The notes beneath the pieces were generated by a model. It ran no database searches, had not been told where the DNA came from, and saw only the letters and a program-made list of their open reading frames with translations. DNA of 63,131 nucleotides, counting the filler, from Octopus bimaculoides (lineage: Eukaryota): NCBI RefSeq assembly GCF_001194135.2. It is 4 parts of 4 records of this genome, joined end to end, with 100 filler letters (N's around TTAATTAATTAA, not from the genome) between each part and the next. Parts side by side here need not be neighbours in the genome. Positions count along the whole stretch, not along the records: positions 1 to 17,394 come from NC_068986.1; positions 17,495 to 44,657 come from NC_069006.1; 2 more parts are not named here. One strand, given 5' to 3'. The translations under genes and the position numbers were made by a program. Of this stretch, positions 14,650-26,669 are shown in pieces (within the stretch, counting starts at the first letter, position 1; each line of letters begins with the position of its first letter).

Positions 14650-15950
14650 ATTAAATTGTGAAAATTTCACAAATTGAGATTTAATTGAATGTTCACTAGA
14701 GTTGTAATATTTTTCTATCAAAGATCAAGCTACATAAGGGATACATCAGCTCGATATTTAAGAGAAAACAAGAAAGTTATGTTCACAGCTTTCTCAAAGA
14801 ATTACCATGACCTCAGTGGAAGCAATTCTAGAAGAAAATTAAAATTAGTTAGCAGACTTTGTTCAGAACTTACCACCTCATGATGGTGCTTACCATTACT
14901 AATATATCAAGTTTGTAAAGACAAACAGAAGTTAGCCCAGGATAATGGTCGGTTAGTTCAAAGTGAAAGCAAATACAATGTCTTTAACAGAAGACAAGAA
15001 AATTAGTTATAAGGAGGCAAAAAGCAAGCGAGATTTAAGCTCAATATATTTTTTTATGAATAATAAAAGGGACTAAACAGCTCAACAATAAAGAATAAAT
15101 GATTTTTTGAAAGATTAACAGAATAAAATTAAAAGGAAAAATTTGGCTAATAATCTGAACTGCTTCATCAGAAATTTGTCAAAGAGAAATCTAATGAGCC
15201 GATCTGAGGTTTACCACTGTTCAGATCTTTCAAGATACATTTAATTGGTTCAAAAGGTTGCAGTTTTCTGCACTTGAGCAGTGCAAAAACACAGGAGCTA
15301 TACAGGGCTTGAACTAAAAGCTTAAGAGGCTTACAACAAATAACATCCAAATAGCTACGAGGGTAAGGAAGGAATGGTTAGTATTGGTGTAAACATAAAT
15401 CTCCATTCCCATGAATTAGGTGGAGATTTTTATAAACGCAGATGGTTTAAGGAATAGATTTCAGTGTCATCCACGAAATGCTCTAATTAATTTCATATGA
15501 TTTATGTTTGATAATTGGATCACAAAGACCATCTTCTTCAATGCTTGGGATCAGGTATAAATCAAATGCAAACAATTTATGAAAATAAAGAACTTATTTA
15601 TTGTTTGGTAATTGAAATTATACTAAATGATCTATTTTCAATAAACATTTCCATTATGTTCAGAATGTGGACCTTTATGTGAAAGAGTCTTAACTCATAG
15701 AATTAAACTCAATTTACAAACCTCTACCCACCTTGCAGTTTAGAAGTGCTAATAATGGAAAGTAATATTTAAACAAACTTTCATTATTTCATGCAAAAAT
15801 CACATCACATTTTAGAATGGAAAGGCTGCTGGCCACAATGTCATATCATGTGGATTCATTAAGCATTCATTGGATAACAAACTTTGATAACAAACCAACA
15901 GGGGAAAATATATAAAACTATTTTTTTTATGGATTACAAGGCATTCGAAC
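14650..15950 (+). mobile_element. Probable highly decayed LINE 5' part (ORF1-like, then endonuclease-like remnants)
   Basis: Purine/Lys-rich coding-like sequence with weak resemblance to ORF1 C-terminal patterns (YKEAK..RD...IYFF.N); no intact frame. Confidence 0.3.
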
Positions 15951-16916
15951 TAAGTAGATAATCTAGCTACTAGATATGCTGGTTTCAAGGTATGTCAAAA
16001 ATAGATGTAATGCTTACAAGACTTTTATTTAGTTATAAAATATCTAATGTACTTTTAAGAGTAAGGAAAAAAATTAATAAATAAAGGGAAAAACTATGTT
16101 TAGATCTTAGTGTTATACAAACATTTAACTAAAGAATTCTATAGGATGCAAAATATTTTAAAAACTACTCTTCATTTAAAGGAAACTGGAAATGCTGAGA
16201 AAATTTATAATTTTATATTTTTGAATGGTTTCATAACTAAATTATAAGCAAAACATTACAAATACATTGAAATATAGACTTAAAAGTATAAAAACTATAA
16301 TAATAGATCTGATCTCAAGCATTTTTAGATTTAATAAACTCTAATTTATGTAAAAGAAAAAAATTTAAATGATATCAAAAGGGAATTGAAAGGCAAAATT
16401 AAGCAAAAAGTTGGTAATACAGGGAAACTAAATTAAAAGAAAAAAAAAATTGAGGCTTAAAAATAGAACTTAAATTATTTTAAATGAATAACTGCCTAAA
16501 CACATTACTCATAGTTTCTTGCACAACCTTGTGGCATTGTCTTTACTTTCAAAAAGTTGCCAACATATCTCCAGTGGCAAATGTTAGTTGAATTCATTAA
16601 AATAACATTTAATCTTAATGGCAGTAGTAAATTTTCTTTCAAAACCAAGATATTTCAAAATTTCATCTTGAATTAGTGCTATCTATTATTGTAAATTTAT
16701 GTAATACTCAATGTAAATATATTGAAAGACTAATGTGCATTTGACATAAAATATCTATCATTTTTTTTCATTAATTTAGTATGGGATTATAAACATCAGC
16801 TTGAACATAGCTGGAGTGATACCAAATTTCATAGCTAGGACAGGTAAGGTAGGTAGGCATCCTTTGGAAAAAAGAAGGCTTTGGAAGGCTCCCCTGTCCA
16901 ACCTCCTCATATTTAC

Positions 16917-16955
16917 CTGAGTTGGTGGTGTCACAGCAGAGTTTTCAGCATTTAC
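16917..16955 (-). CDS. Candidate 39-nt cassette microexon of clathrin heavy chain (VNAENSAVTPPTQ)
   Basis: Minus strand reads ttctgttatttgcttttag|GTAAATGCTGAAAACTCTGCTGTGACACCACCAACTCAG|gtaaat. Only frame 0 is stop-free, matching the phase-0 intron upstream of the 6844 exon. GC-richer than its flanks. No transcript evidence available. Confidence 0.55.
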
Positions 16956-17394
16956 CTAAAAGCAAATAACAGAACTCCAATTTCTTATAAATCTTTAGAT
17001 ATTTGTTTTAAATTAGTTTAACGAAGTACAGTGATCAATCCTTCACTTATAAGATAGCTCTAATGATGTGAATTGGCTGTTTAAAAAAAAAAAAACATCA
17101 ACATGTAATAAAGTTAATTGTTTTAATCTGCAGCTATTTGAGAGCTTCTTTTTGCTATATGATTAAGTAAAAATTAAATTTTCTAAATTAACAGTTAATA
17201 ATATAAACTTAATTTACAATAAATGAAAAATAACATTTAATGAATATAATATAAAAGAAACTTTAAAATTAAAACTACAGTTTAAAACAAAATATAATTC
17301 AGAACTGATTAAATTATAAAATGTCTCAATGCACTCCCCATTTCTGATTATTAAAAGAAATAGTGAAAGCATCCCTTGAGCAACTCTAAACCAT

Positions 17395-17494
17395 NNNNNN
17401 NNNNNNNNNNNNNNNNNNNNNNNNNNNNNNNNNNNNNNTTAATTAATTAANNNNNNNNNNNNNNNNNNNNNNNNNNNNNNNNNNNNNNNNNNNN
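17395..17494. other. Artificial 100-nt scaffold join (44 N + TTAATTAATTAA + 44 N)
   Basis: Identical geometry at three places; the 12-mer is palindromic with TAA in all six frames. Confidence 0.95.
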
Positions 17495-17849
17495 TACGGT
17501 GGATTATTTAAGACTTGGCTCTTATTTCTAGCAGCTAGATGCTCATTAAGCATCATTACGATATTTCATAGCTCCTTAAAGCTATCATAACTGCGTTCCA
17601 CCAATGCTACTACTGGTGATATCAAATTTTGAATTTATCCACAGATGATATGAACAGTAGTGACATCTAACTTCAAATCTAGACAGCTGATGAAGGGATA
17701 TTCCAAGTGGCTTTCCGTTTTCCTATGTGTTCATTCCGTTGTCTGTAGTTTATTGTTCTAACGTCCTGTACCCTGATATGCATGTATATACACATGTAGA
17801 TGTAAGTATGTACATATATGTGTGTATACATGTATATATATTCTTTGTA

Positions 17850-18015
17850 TTATTATATATCTATATATATATACGACGAGCTTCTTTCTCACAAGGCTTT
17901 GGTCGGCCCGAGACTATAGTAGAAGACACTTGGCCAAGGTGCCACGCAGTGGGACTGAACCCGGAACCATGTGTTTCGTAAGCAAGCTACTTACCACACA
18001 ATCATTCCTACGCCT
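17850..18015 (-). mobile_element. tRNA-derived SINE family B fragment (head GGCGCAGGAGTGGCTGTGTGGTAAG type)
   Basis: GTAGAAGACACTTGGCCAAGGTGCCACGCAGTGGGACTGAACCCGGAACC block recurs at about 20860, 41240, 51750, 60740 and in forward orientation at 38775 and 62650. Confidence 0.8.
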
Positions 18016-18949
18016 ATATATACACACACATAAATAATATTTTTATAAACAAACCTTCGTGGAAGTTTTTACTAGTTAAAGGCTGAAACACCTCCATGAG
18101 CAGAGTTCCTCCTCTGGAGACCTTCGGTTCACTTAACCCTACAGTTTTCTAAGCACGATACTGTAACACCGACTACATATACAGTGTATATATACTATGC
18201 ACACATATACTCTCACAGGAAGTGTTTGTACACCTTTCTACATGTCTAACATGTATGTACATTCTTTTACAGATGCAACACTTTCGCACAGCTGGCTTAC
18301 ACACACACAGACACGCAAACGCTTACTCAGAGCCACACACACACACACAATAACTTACATATATATATATACACTCAACTTGATGCATAGTAGACATGGC
18401 TACTCACACACATTCCTTAATTCACATAACACACGCATACACTTTCATACACACACACATTCATTCACACATACTCTCGAACCTACATTCACACACACAC
18501 ACACTCAAACATACATTCATTCACATAACCCCTCTCATACATTCATAAACACGCAAACTCTCACATAAACACTCTTCCACACATATACAAATATTCATAC
18601 ATATAGGCTTCCTTTTCTCTCTCTCTCCCTCACACACCCAATCTGTATCTCTCTTTCACAAGCACAGTCTATCTGTCACTCTCTCACACATACACACACA
18701 GACTTTGTCTTACATATGCACGCTCTTTCTTTCGCACACACGAAGTCTCTCTCCCCCTTTCTCTTTCTCACACATACAAACATTCATTCTCATATATTTT
18801 CTCTCTCACACAATCATTACAAGACACCATATTTATTTAATGTTGTTTTCTACTGGGAATTTATTCAAATTTCAGCCATAATAAACCAACCAAAAAAAAA
18901 CCAAATTATTTTCTCTCTTCTTTTCTAACAAATTTCCAAAACATTACAC

Positions 18950-20112
18950 TCGTGTTGTTGTTGTTGTTGTTGTTGTTTTAACCCCGGGTCAGTCCTGATC
19001 AAACAGAACTCAGATCAAAGAGATTCCAGCTGTGGCCATTATGTCTTGTCTTCTGCAGACATAGTTTATCTTGGACTACATTATCTAATGTAGCCTTTCT
19101 TGTTTAACTCCAACTCAACCCAGATCCAGGTGACTTATGATGAAAGACGTTCCAACTGTGACCATCCAATCTTTGGATCTATTTTAAAACGGGGGCGCCA
19201 GTATTTTCTTAACGAAACACTTTGAAACTTGGAACACTGGTAGAATGTGTCATATAAAACATCTTTTTCTCTTAGTCTTCTTAACAAAAAAAGTACATCG
19301 CAAGTTATTCCATGTTAAAGTTGTCGTATTTCTGTAATTTCAACCAATGACTGACGTCCATTCAGCCGATATACATTAAGTGCCGACTACATAAACAAAC
19401 GATTCTGAAACAATTCTAGCAGTGATAAAATTATTATTTCCTTGTCAAAAAATGGCTGAAGCATATTGGCAGTAGCTAATAAACCTTTCTATTATAGGCA
19501 TATGGCCTGGTTTTTGAGGGAAGGAGCAGGGTTAGGGTTAGAAAGCAAATAAAACGAAGGAAAACGAACACACGTGTTGCCTCTCTGCAAATGTCAGAAG
19601 TTATGGAGATTAAATACGCTTTACACCACTTAATCAGCCAAAGGAGTAAATATAAACAACTGAATACTTGTCAGTGATTGGTTGAAATTATCGAAATAAG
19701 ACAATTTTTTAAATGAAATAAATTCGAATACAAAAATTTTTTTCTGTTCTATAACACAAAATAGATAAGTATACGAAGTTTGAAAGTCTTTCGGTACCAA
19801 AAACACTGCATAAAACATTAATGAAAACTGGCGCCCCCGTTTTAAAAAAGATCCCAATCTTTTACTCAGGCATAGTGTATCTAGGACTACATTATTTAAT
19901 GTATCTTTCCTTGTTTAGCCTCAGCTCAGCCCTGATCCATCAGATCTATGGTCAAATATACTCCATCCGTGACCATCCCATGTGATAGTATATCTGGGAC
20001 AACACCTCTTGTATATCTTTCCTTGTTTAGCACCTGGTCATCCCAGATCCCACAGGTCTATGATCAAATGTGTTCCCGATGTGACCTTCCCCTCTTTTAC
20101 TCAGACATAGTA
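18950..20112 (-). repeat. Head-to-tail array of about four diverged 110-125 bp units with (GTT)n tail; the second unit is interrupted by a MITE
   Basis: Repeating cores ...GATC...GTGACCAT..C....TTTTACTCAG.CATAGT.TATCT.GGAC.ACA..TGTA.CTTTC.TTGTTTA; the same unit occurs singly in reverse at about 55480-55595 and 59180-59280. Confidence 0.65.
19175..19854. mobile_element. 680-bp non-autonomous DNA transposon (MITE) with GG-starting TIRs and a perfect 8-bp TSD; Merlin- or MULE-like
   Basis: TIR GGATCT(A/T)TTTTAAAACGGGGGCGCCAGT at both ends; TSD CAATCTTT at 19167-19174 and 19855-19862; subterminal inverted block 19336-19355 vs 19669-19688. Confidence 0.85.
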
Positions 20113-20569
20113 CTTACCAACGACATGGTTCTGGGTTCAGTCCCACTGTGTGGCACATTGGGCAAGTTGAGAGATCGTGGGTTCAAATCTTAGACCAAGC
20201 AATGTGTGCTTAGGAGTGAAACACCTAAGCTCAACATGGCTCTGGCAGAACTTCTGCTGACTCTCTTGCCACGACTTTCTCTCACTCTTTCCTCCTGCGT
20301 CTAACACCTCACCTGTGTTTCATCCAGGTGGGGAACCTATGCTCCAATGAAACAGGGAATCCTGTCCTTATTAGCCAGGAATGGCTCGAGAAGGAACAAA
20401 CAACAGCATTGGTATAGTGCTTAAGTGCACTACAACTCATCAGAAAAAGTGGGCAAAAGTGCATGAAGAGCTCAGAATAATGCAGAGAAAGCGAATATTC
20501 TAGAAAATGGGGAAAAAGAAAAAATAAATATTGGGAAATTTGTGTTATGTAGAAGAATATGCTATTTAT

Positions 20570-20958
20570 TTCTTTTACTCGTTTCAGTCATTTGACTGTG
20601 GCCATGCTAGGGCACTGCCTTTAGTCGAACAAATCGACTCCAGGTCCTATCCTTTGTAATCCGAGTACTTGTTCTATCGGTCTCTTTTACTGAACTGCTA
20701 AGTTACAGGACTATAAGCATGCCAACATCGGTTATCAAGAAATGGTGAAGGTGGGGCAAGCATAGACACTCAAATACTTATATATATATATATACTATGG
20801 GCTTCTTTCAGTTTCTGTCTACCAAATCTACTCACAAGGCTTTGGTTAGCCTGAGGCTATAGTAGAAGACACTTGCCCAAGGTGCCATGCAGTGGGACTG
20901 AACCTGAAACCATGCAGTTTGGAAGCAAGCTTCTTATCACACAGCCACTCCTGCGCCT
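20570..20958 (-). mobile_element. Near full-length SINE family B copy (about 390 bp)
   Basis: Tail ...TTTCAGTCATTTGACTGTGGCCATGC through head ...ACACAGCCACTCCTGCGCC; internal (TA)n. Confidence 0.8.
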
Positions 20959-21235
20959 AAATCTTGCACATAAATTTTGATAACAAAATCTTGCTTGGAC
21001 TCTGATTGAGAAGCACCGTTTTAGAGGAACAACTCAGTTCCAGTACTTATGTGTTTCTAAGTCTGGTACTTATTCCATCAGTCTTTCTTTGGCAAGATGC
21101 TAGGTTATAGGGATGTAAACAAACCAACACTAATTGTCAAGCTGTGGTGAGGGACAAACAGTCTTCTATTATATTCTTGGGCTGACCAAAACCTAGTGAG
21201 TGGATTTGATAGATGGAAACTGAAAGAAGCCCATC

Positions 21236-21280
<45 letters not shown>

Positions 21281-21972
21281 CATGTTTGTCTCACACCACT
21301 GCTTGACAACCAGTGCTGGTGTGTTTACATCCCTCTTAACTTAGCAGTTCAGCAAAAGAGAGGCTGAAAAAGAAAAAGTAACGGGGTCAGTTCTTTGAAC
21401 TAAAAATTCTTCAAGGTAGTGCCCCAGCATGGCCACAGTCTAATGACTGAAGTAAGCAAAAGATAAAAAGAAACACTGAAAAAGGTTTTGTTTTTTAAAT
21501 ATTTTTTATTTCTTTTTATTCAATTTTTTTCTTTTCTATTTTAAATTTATTTTTTAAAATTTTTTAAAATTTTTTATTTAATTATGTATTTTTTTTATAA
21601 CATATAAACAATTATTGGCAAAAAAAAAAAGAAATAACATTACAAGCATATTCAATCATCATCATCATCACCATTAACATCATCCTCGTATAGTCATCAT
21701 CATCATCATCATCATGTACTTGTGGTCATCGATGTCAACCATCATCTTCACCACCACCACCACCACCTTATGTAATCACCGTCATCACAGTATCATCATC
21801 ATCATCATCGTTATGACGATCATCATCTATCTCATCATCCTTCATTTTTGTTATAAATGTTTATTTTGAAAATCTTTTTGTCATTTTTTTTTTTTTACAT
21901 ATATATTCTTGTTCCTTTCTCTCCATGAAACCATCTCCTCTGTCTCTCTTTCTCCATAAAATTATATACACA

Positions 21973-22021
<49 letters not shown>

Positions 22022-22701
22022 TATATATTCACATATACAAATAAACATAGACATGCACATATGCATAAATCCACATACATATATACATACACACACATGC
22101 ATACATACATAGATAAATACACACACAAATATATATACATGTGGGAGTGTTTGTACCTTCAAGTATTTCTACTTAGAAAAAAAAAACAAACTCTTACAGG
22201 AAGAACTGAAAAGAACTCAACACTTGATAGAGAGTAAATCTACAATCCCATGCCCCTTGACATCTTATTCTTATTTCATGTTGGGAGAGACATTCCTCAC
22301 CCCATGTGTGTGTGTGTGTGTGTGTGATATATCAACACTTGAAGAGCTGATAATCTGTTTCAGCACTACCATTATTTTATTTCTGTTTTTTAAATTTGTT
22401 TTTGTGCATTTGTTCCTCTCTTGTGTTGGCTCCAAGAATGCATGAAAGTGAAGAAATTCAAAGTAGCAATGGGACAAAGGATTCATCCACTTCGTACAGG
22501 AAGCAAGAATCTTTTCCTTCATTTGTACTCCCAAATATGTGTGTATTCATGTGCATATATATATATATATATATATGTATGTATAAATCCATTGAGTGTT
22601 GACTGTGAGAAAAGAAAGAGTACTCATTTCCAAAGCAAAGATAAATAATATTTCAATTTTGGTTGAGTCAGTCACGTTATGACTCTAAATGTGTGTATGT
22701 G

Positions 22702-22753
<52 letters not shown>

Positions 22754-22958
22754 CATATAATGATATCTCCACAATGTATTGGTAAGATAAAACGTGTAAT
22801 CATTACCAAAATATCAAAAATTCGTCTACAAAGGTCTATAGTAAACTCCTTATGGATCGATCTCCTTGGTTATATATAAAAAAAATTTAAATAAGAACTT
22901 TGACGCTAAATCTTTAATATATAAGGATTTAGCGTCAAAGCTCATATTTGAATTTTTT

Positions 22959-22985
<27 letters not shown>

Positions 22986-22997
<12 letters not shown>

Positions 22998-23230
22998 TTA
23001 GGGAAAATAACCAATTTTCAAGAACTCATCGATGAAAATCCACTATCACATATAGAAAAATTAATATTAAAAGCACAATAAATATTTATTTATATTTATC
23101 TTATGATATTTACTTTACTTTATATTATACTCATTTATTGTGCTTTTAATATTAATTTTTCTATATGTGATAGTGGATTTTCATCGATGAGTTCTTGAAA
23201 ATTGGTTATTTTCCCTAAAACTATATATAT
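22986..23230. repeat. Perfect inverted repeat, 98-bp arms with a 49-bp spacer
   Basis: 22986-23083 is the exact reverse complement of 23133-23230. Confidence 0.92.
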
Positions 23231-23519
23231 TTTATATATACTTTATCTATAAGGCTCAATTTAATTTTAATTTTTTATAAATTGATTTTAATTGAGTTTT
23301 TTACCTGTAATTTTGGATTTTGTCCCTAATAATATTATTATATATATATATATATATATGCAAAAATACATTGTTAGTATTAATAATAATAATAATAATA
23401 ATCATGATGCTTAAGACCTAAGTACCAAGTCTTATAATTTGTGGAAAGAGACTCTGTCCAATTTCACAAAATTAACCAGAGCAAGTAATATCAAGAGCAC
23501 TGAGAAGAGGAAAATAATA

Positions 23520-24189
23520 GTAATTCTGGCACAAAGCCAGTAATTTTGATGGGAGGGGCATGTTGGTTTCATCAAAGCCAGTACTCGACTGGAGCCTTGA
23601 TGTATCAACTTTGAAGACATGAAAAGTAAAGATGACCGTGACAATCTAAAGAACCAGAAGAAATACTGCTCAGCATCTTGTGTGGCGTGTTAAAGATTCT
23701 TCTCACTCAGTCCCATCATTAAAAATAATCTTTTCTACTTTAGGCACAACGCCAGCAGTTATGGAGGAGGGGCACAAGTCGACTGCATTGAACCCAGTAT
23801 TTGACTGGTATTTATTTTATTAACCCCCGAAAGGATGAAAGGCAAAGTTGACCTCGATGGAATTTGAATTCAGAATGTAAAGATGGACAAAATGCCGCTA
23901 AGCACTTTGCCTAGCATTTGCCTAATGATAAGGCTAGCTCACCACCTTAATAATAATAATAATAATAATGATCCTTTCTACTGAAAGCACAAGGCCTGAA
24001 ATTTGGGGAGGAGACTAGTCAATTACATTCACCCACCCCAGTGTTTCACTGGTACTTAATTTACTGACCCCGAAAAGATGAAATGCAAAGTCAACCCAGG
24101 CGGAATTTGAACTCAGAACGTAGTAGCGACAGGCGAGATACCACTAAGCATTTCGTCCAGCGTGCTAACAATTCTGCCAGCTCACCGCC

Positions 24190-24190
<1 letters not shown>
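23520..24190 (-). mobile_element. Chain of three SINE family A copies (head GGCGGTGAGCTGGCAGAAT, B-box GTTCAAATTCC) separated by (AAT)n
   Basis: Each unit carries GGCACAAGGCC...CCCCGAAAGGATGAAAGGCAAAGT..ACC...GGAATTTGAACTCAGAA on the plus strand. Confidence 0.85.
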
Positions 24191-24239
<49 letters not shown>

Positions 24240-24651
24240 TAATAATCATAAAACAATTTAGTCTCTTTTATATGAAAATGTGTATATACACATTTATACA
24301 ATAAAGATCCTTTGTACATATTTATCATTATTATTATTATTATTATCATTATTACTATCAAAATGAGTTCTTACCAGTTTTTTCATACACACATAAACAC
24401 TTATGCATACACACACACACAATGCTGTATAATAAGCTATGTATAAACATTATTTTTGTAGATTCTCAAATATATTTGAAAATCAAAATTTAAAAAATAT
24501 ATATATATATATATATATATATAATACAACTAAAATAAATGAATACACAAATAAAAAGACTAAATATAAAGCGTATTTATATGGTCTCGCATGTACACGT
24601 ATGTATATGCATGTGTGCAATTATGTATATATGCATATGTAATAATGTGTT

Positions 24652-24714
<63 letters not shown>

Positions 24715-25469
24715 TTTTATACATGCATGCATGTATGTATACACATAAGCACCATATCTGTGCATGTCAATTTCCATATGTATAATGACTATATACAGTT
24801 GTCAGTGCACATCAGTGTCACAGCTTATATGTTTAATTGGGTATGTATATATGTATGTATGTGTGTATGTGTGTGTGAGTGAACATGTTTATATTCTAAA
24901 TATTTCTTCAAAGTGTATATAAAATCAATATGGAATTTAAATATAAAAAAAAAACTTTACAGAGAATATGTATAAAAAATATTGCAAAATAACAAATTAT
25001 ATATACATTTACACCAACAACAACAACAACAACAACAACAATAGTAATTGTTTCAAATTTTGGCGCAAGGCCAGCAATTTTAGGGGCGGTGGGGGTTGTT
25101 GATTACATCAACACTCCAGTACTTGAATGGCACTTTATTTCATCAACCGCGAAAGGATGAAAGGTAGAGTTGGACATGAGCAGGATTTGAACTCGGAACG
25201 TAAAAGAACCAGAATTTAATGCTGCTAATTATTTTGTCTGACAGGCAAATGATTCTGCCAGCTTTCTGCCTTACCAATAACAATAATAATAATAATGATA
25301 AATAACAATAATAATAATAATAATAATCATAAAAGTAGGAATAAAAAATTTTATGACAAGGAAGATAGTAACAAAAATACATATATGTACATATATATAT
25401 ATATATACACCCGCTCTCATATTTATGCTTACTGCAAGGCATACAAATATATGTATACACATACATATA

Positions 25470-25560
<91 letters not shown>

Positions 25561-26316
25561 GAATAAAAGTTTATATGTATATACAGATATATATACACAC
25601 ACACAAAATTTTTACCCCACCTCTCTCTCATATATATATATATATATTTATATACATACGCACACACACATACATACATATATATATATATGTACATCAA
25701 GACAATGAGATGATAAAGTGAACACAAGGCGAACCCCTTCATACAGGGTTCAAATCAGTGAAATCTACCTCAATATATGACTGGTATAATATTTTATCAC
25801 CTTCACAGAATGAAAGACTAACAAACACTAACCATAGAAATAGCAGCCAATTCTCTCCCTCTCAAATCATGACTTGCTGTATTAAAACAGAAAGAAAAAA
25901 AAAAAAACAAACCAGAGGGTGGGGTACATTGGAGAATGTAGTCTCTTGTACATATCAAAATGATGAAATGTTCATGGTTGGAACGTCTTTTGATCAGGAC
26001 TGACCTAGGGCTAAACAAAGAGATGATAATTTTTGGAGGTGTCTGTGTTATCAGCTGGGCACAAAGATCTTTTGTAGCTGGTGAGTTTAAAGGGGGCATA
26101 GGAACAGAGGGGAGAAATATAGATAGATAGGTCGACATAGGGTGAGAGAGAGAGAGAGAATGGAAAGTTGTGGCCTCAATGCCTCTCCTCTTTATTTAAC
26201 ACAGGGTGTATGTTATATATTGTATTAGTGCCAGAGATGAAGCAGAATACACTGCACATCGATAAACCCTACAATCACACCCAGGTGGACATAGTAATAA
26301 TAATAATAATAATAAT

Positions 26317-26645
26317 CCTTTCTACTTAAAGGTACAAGGCCTGAGATTTTGGGGGAGAGTGCAGTCGATTATATTGACCCCATTTGCTCAACTGGTAACT
26401 TATTTATTGACCCCTGAAAGGATAAAAAACAAAATGGACGTTGGCAGGATTTGAACTCAGAATGTAAAGATAAACGAAATGCCAAACAAAATGCTTAGTG
26501 GCAGAGTTCAAACTCCGCCAAGGTCAAATTTACCTTTCATCTTTTGTGGGGTCAATAAAATAAATACCAGCAAAATACTGGGGTCAATGTATTTGACAGC
26601 ACCCTCTCTCCCACAAATTTTAGGCCTTGTGCCTATGTCATGAGG
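26317..26645. mobile_element. Head-to-head inverted pair of SINE family A copies (minus about 26317-26482, plus about 26483-26645)
   Basis: GGATTTGAACTCAG (minus copy) faces AGAGTTCAAACTCC (plus copy); the tails point outward. Confidence 0.75.
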
Positions 26646-26669
26646 AAATAATAATAATAATAATAATAA

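Noticed and set aside
19188-19841. Kolobok/piggyBac element with TTAA TSD
   Set aside because: The inverted repeat extends 13 bp further out and is bounded by a perfect 8-bp TSD.
21480-21620. T-rich block as a regulatory element
   Set aside because: Structureless low-complexity sequence, possibly low-quality consensus.
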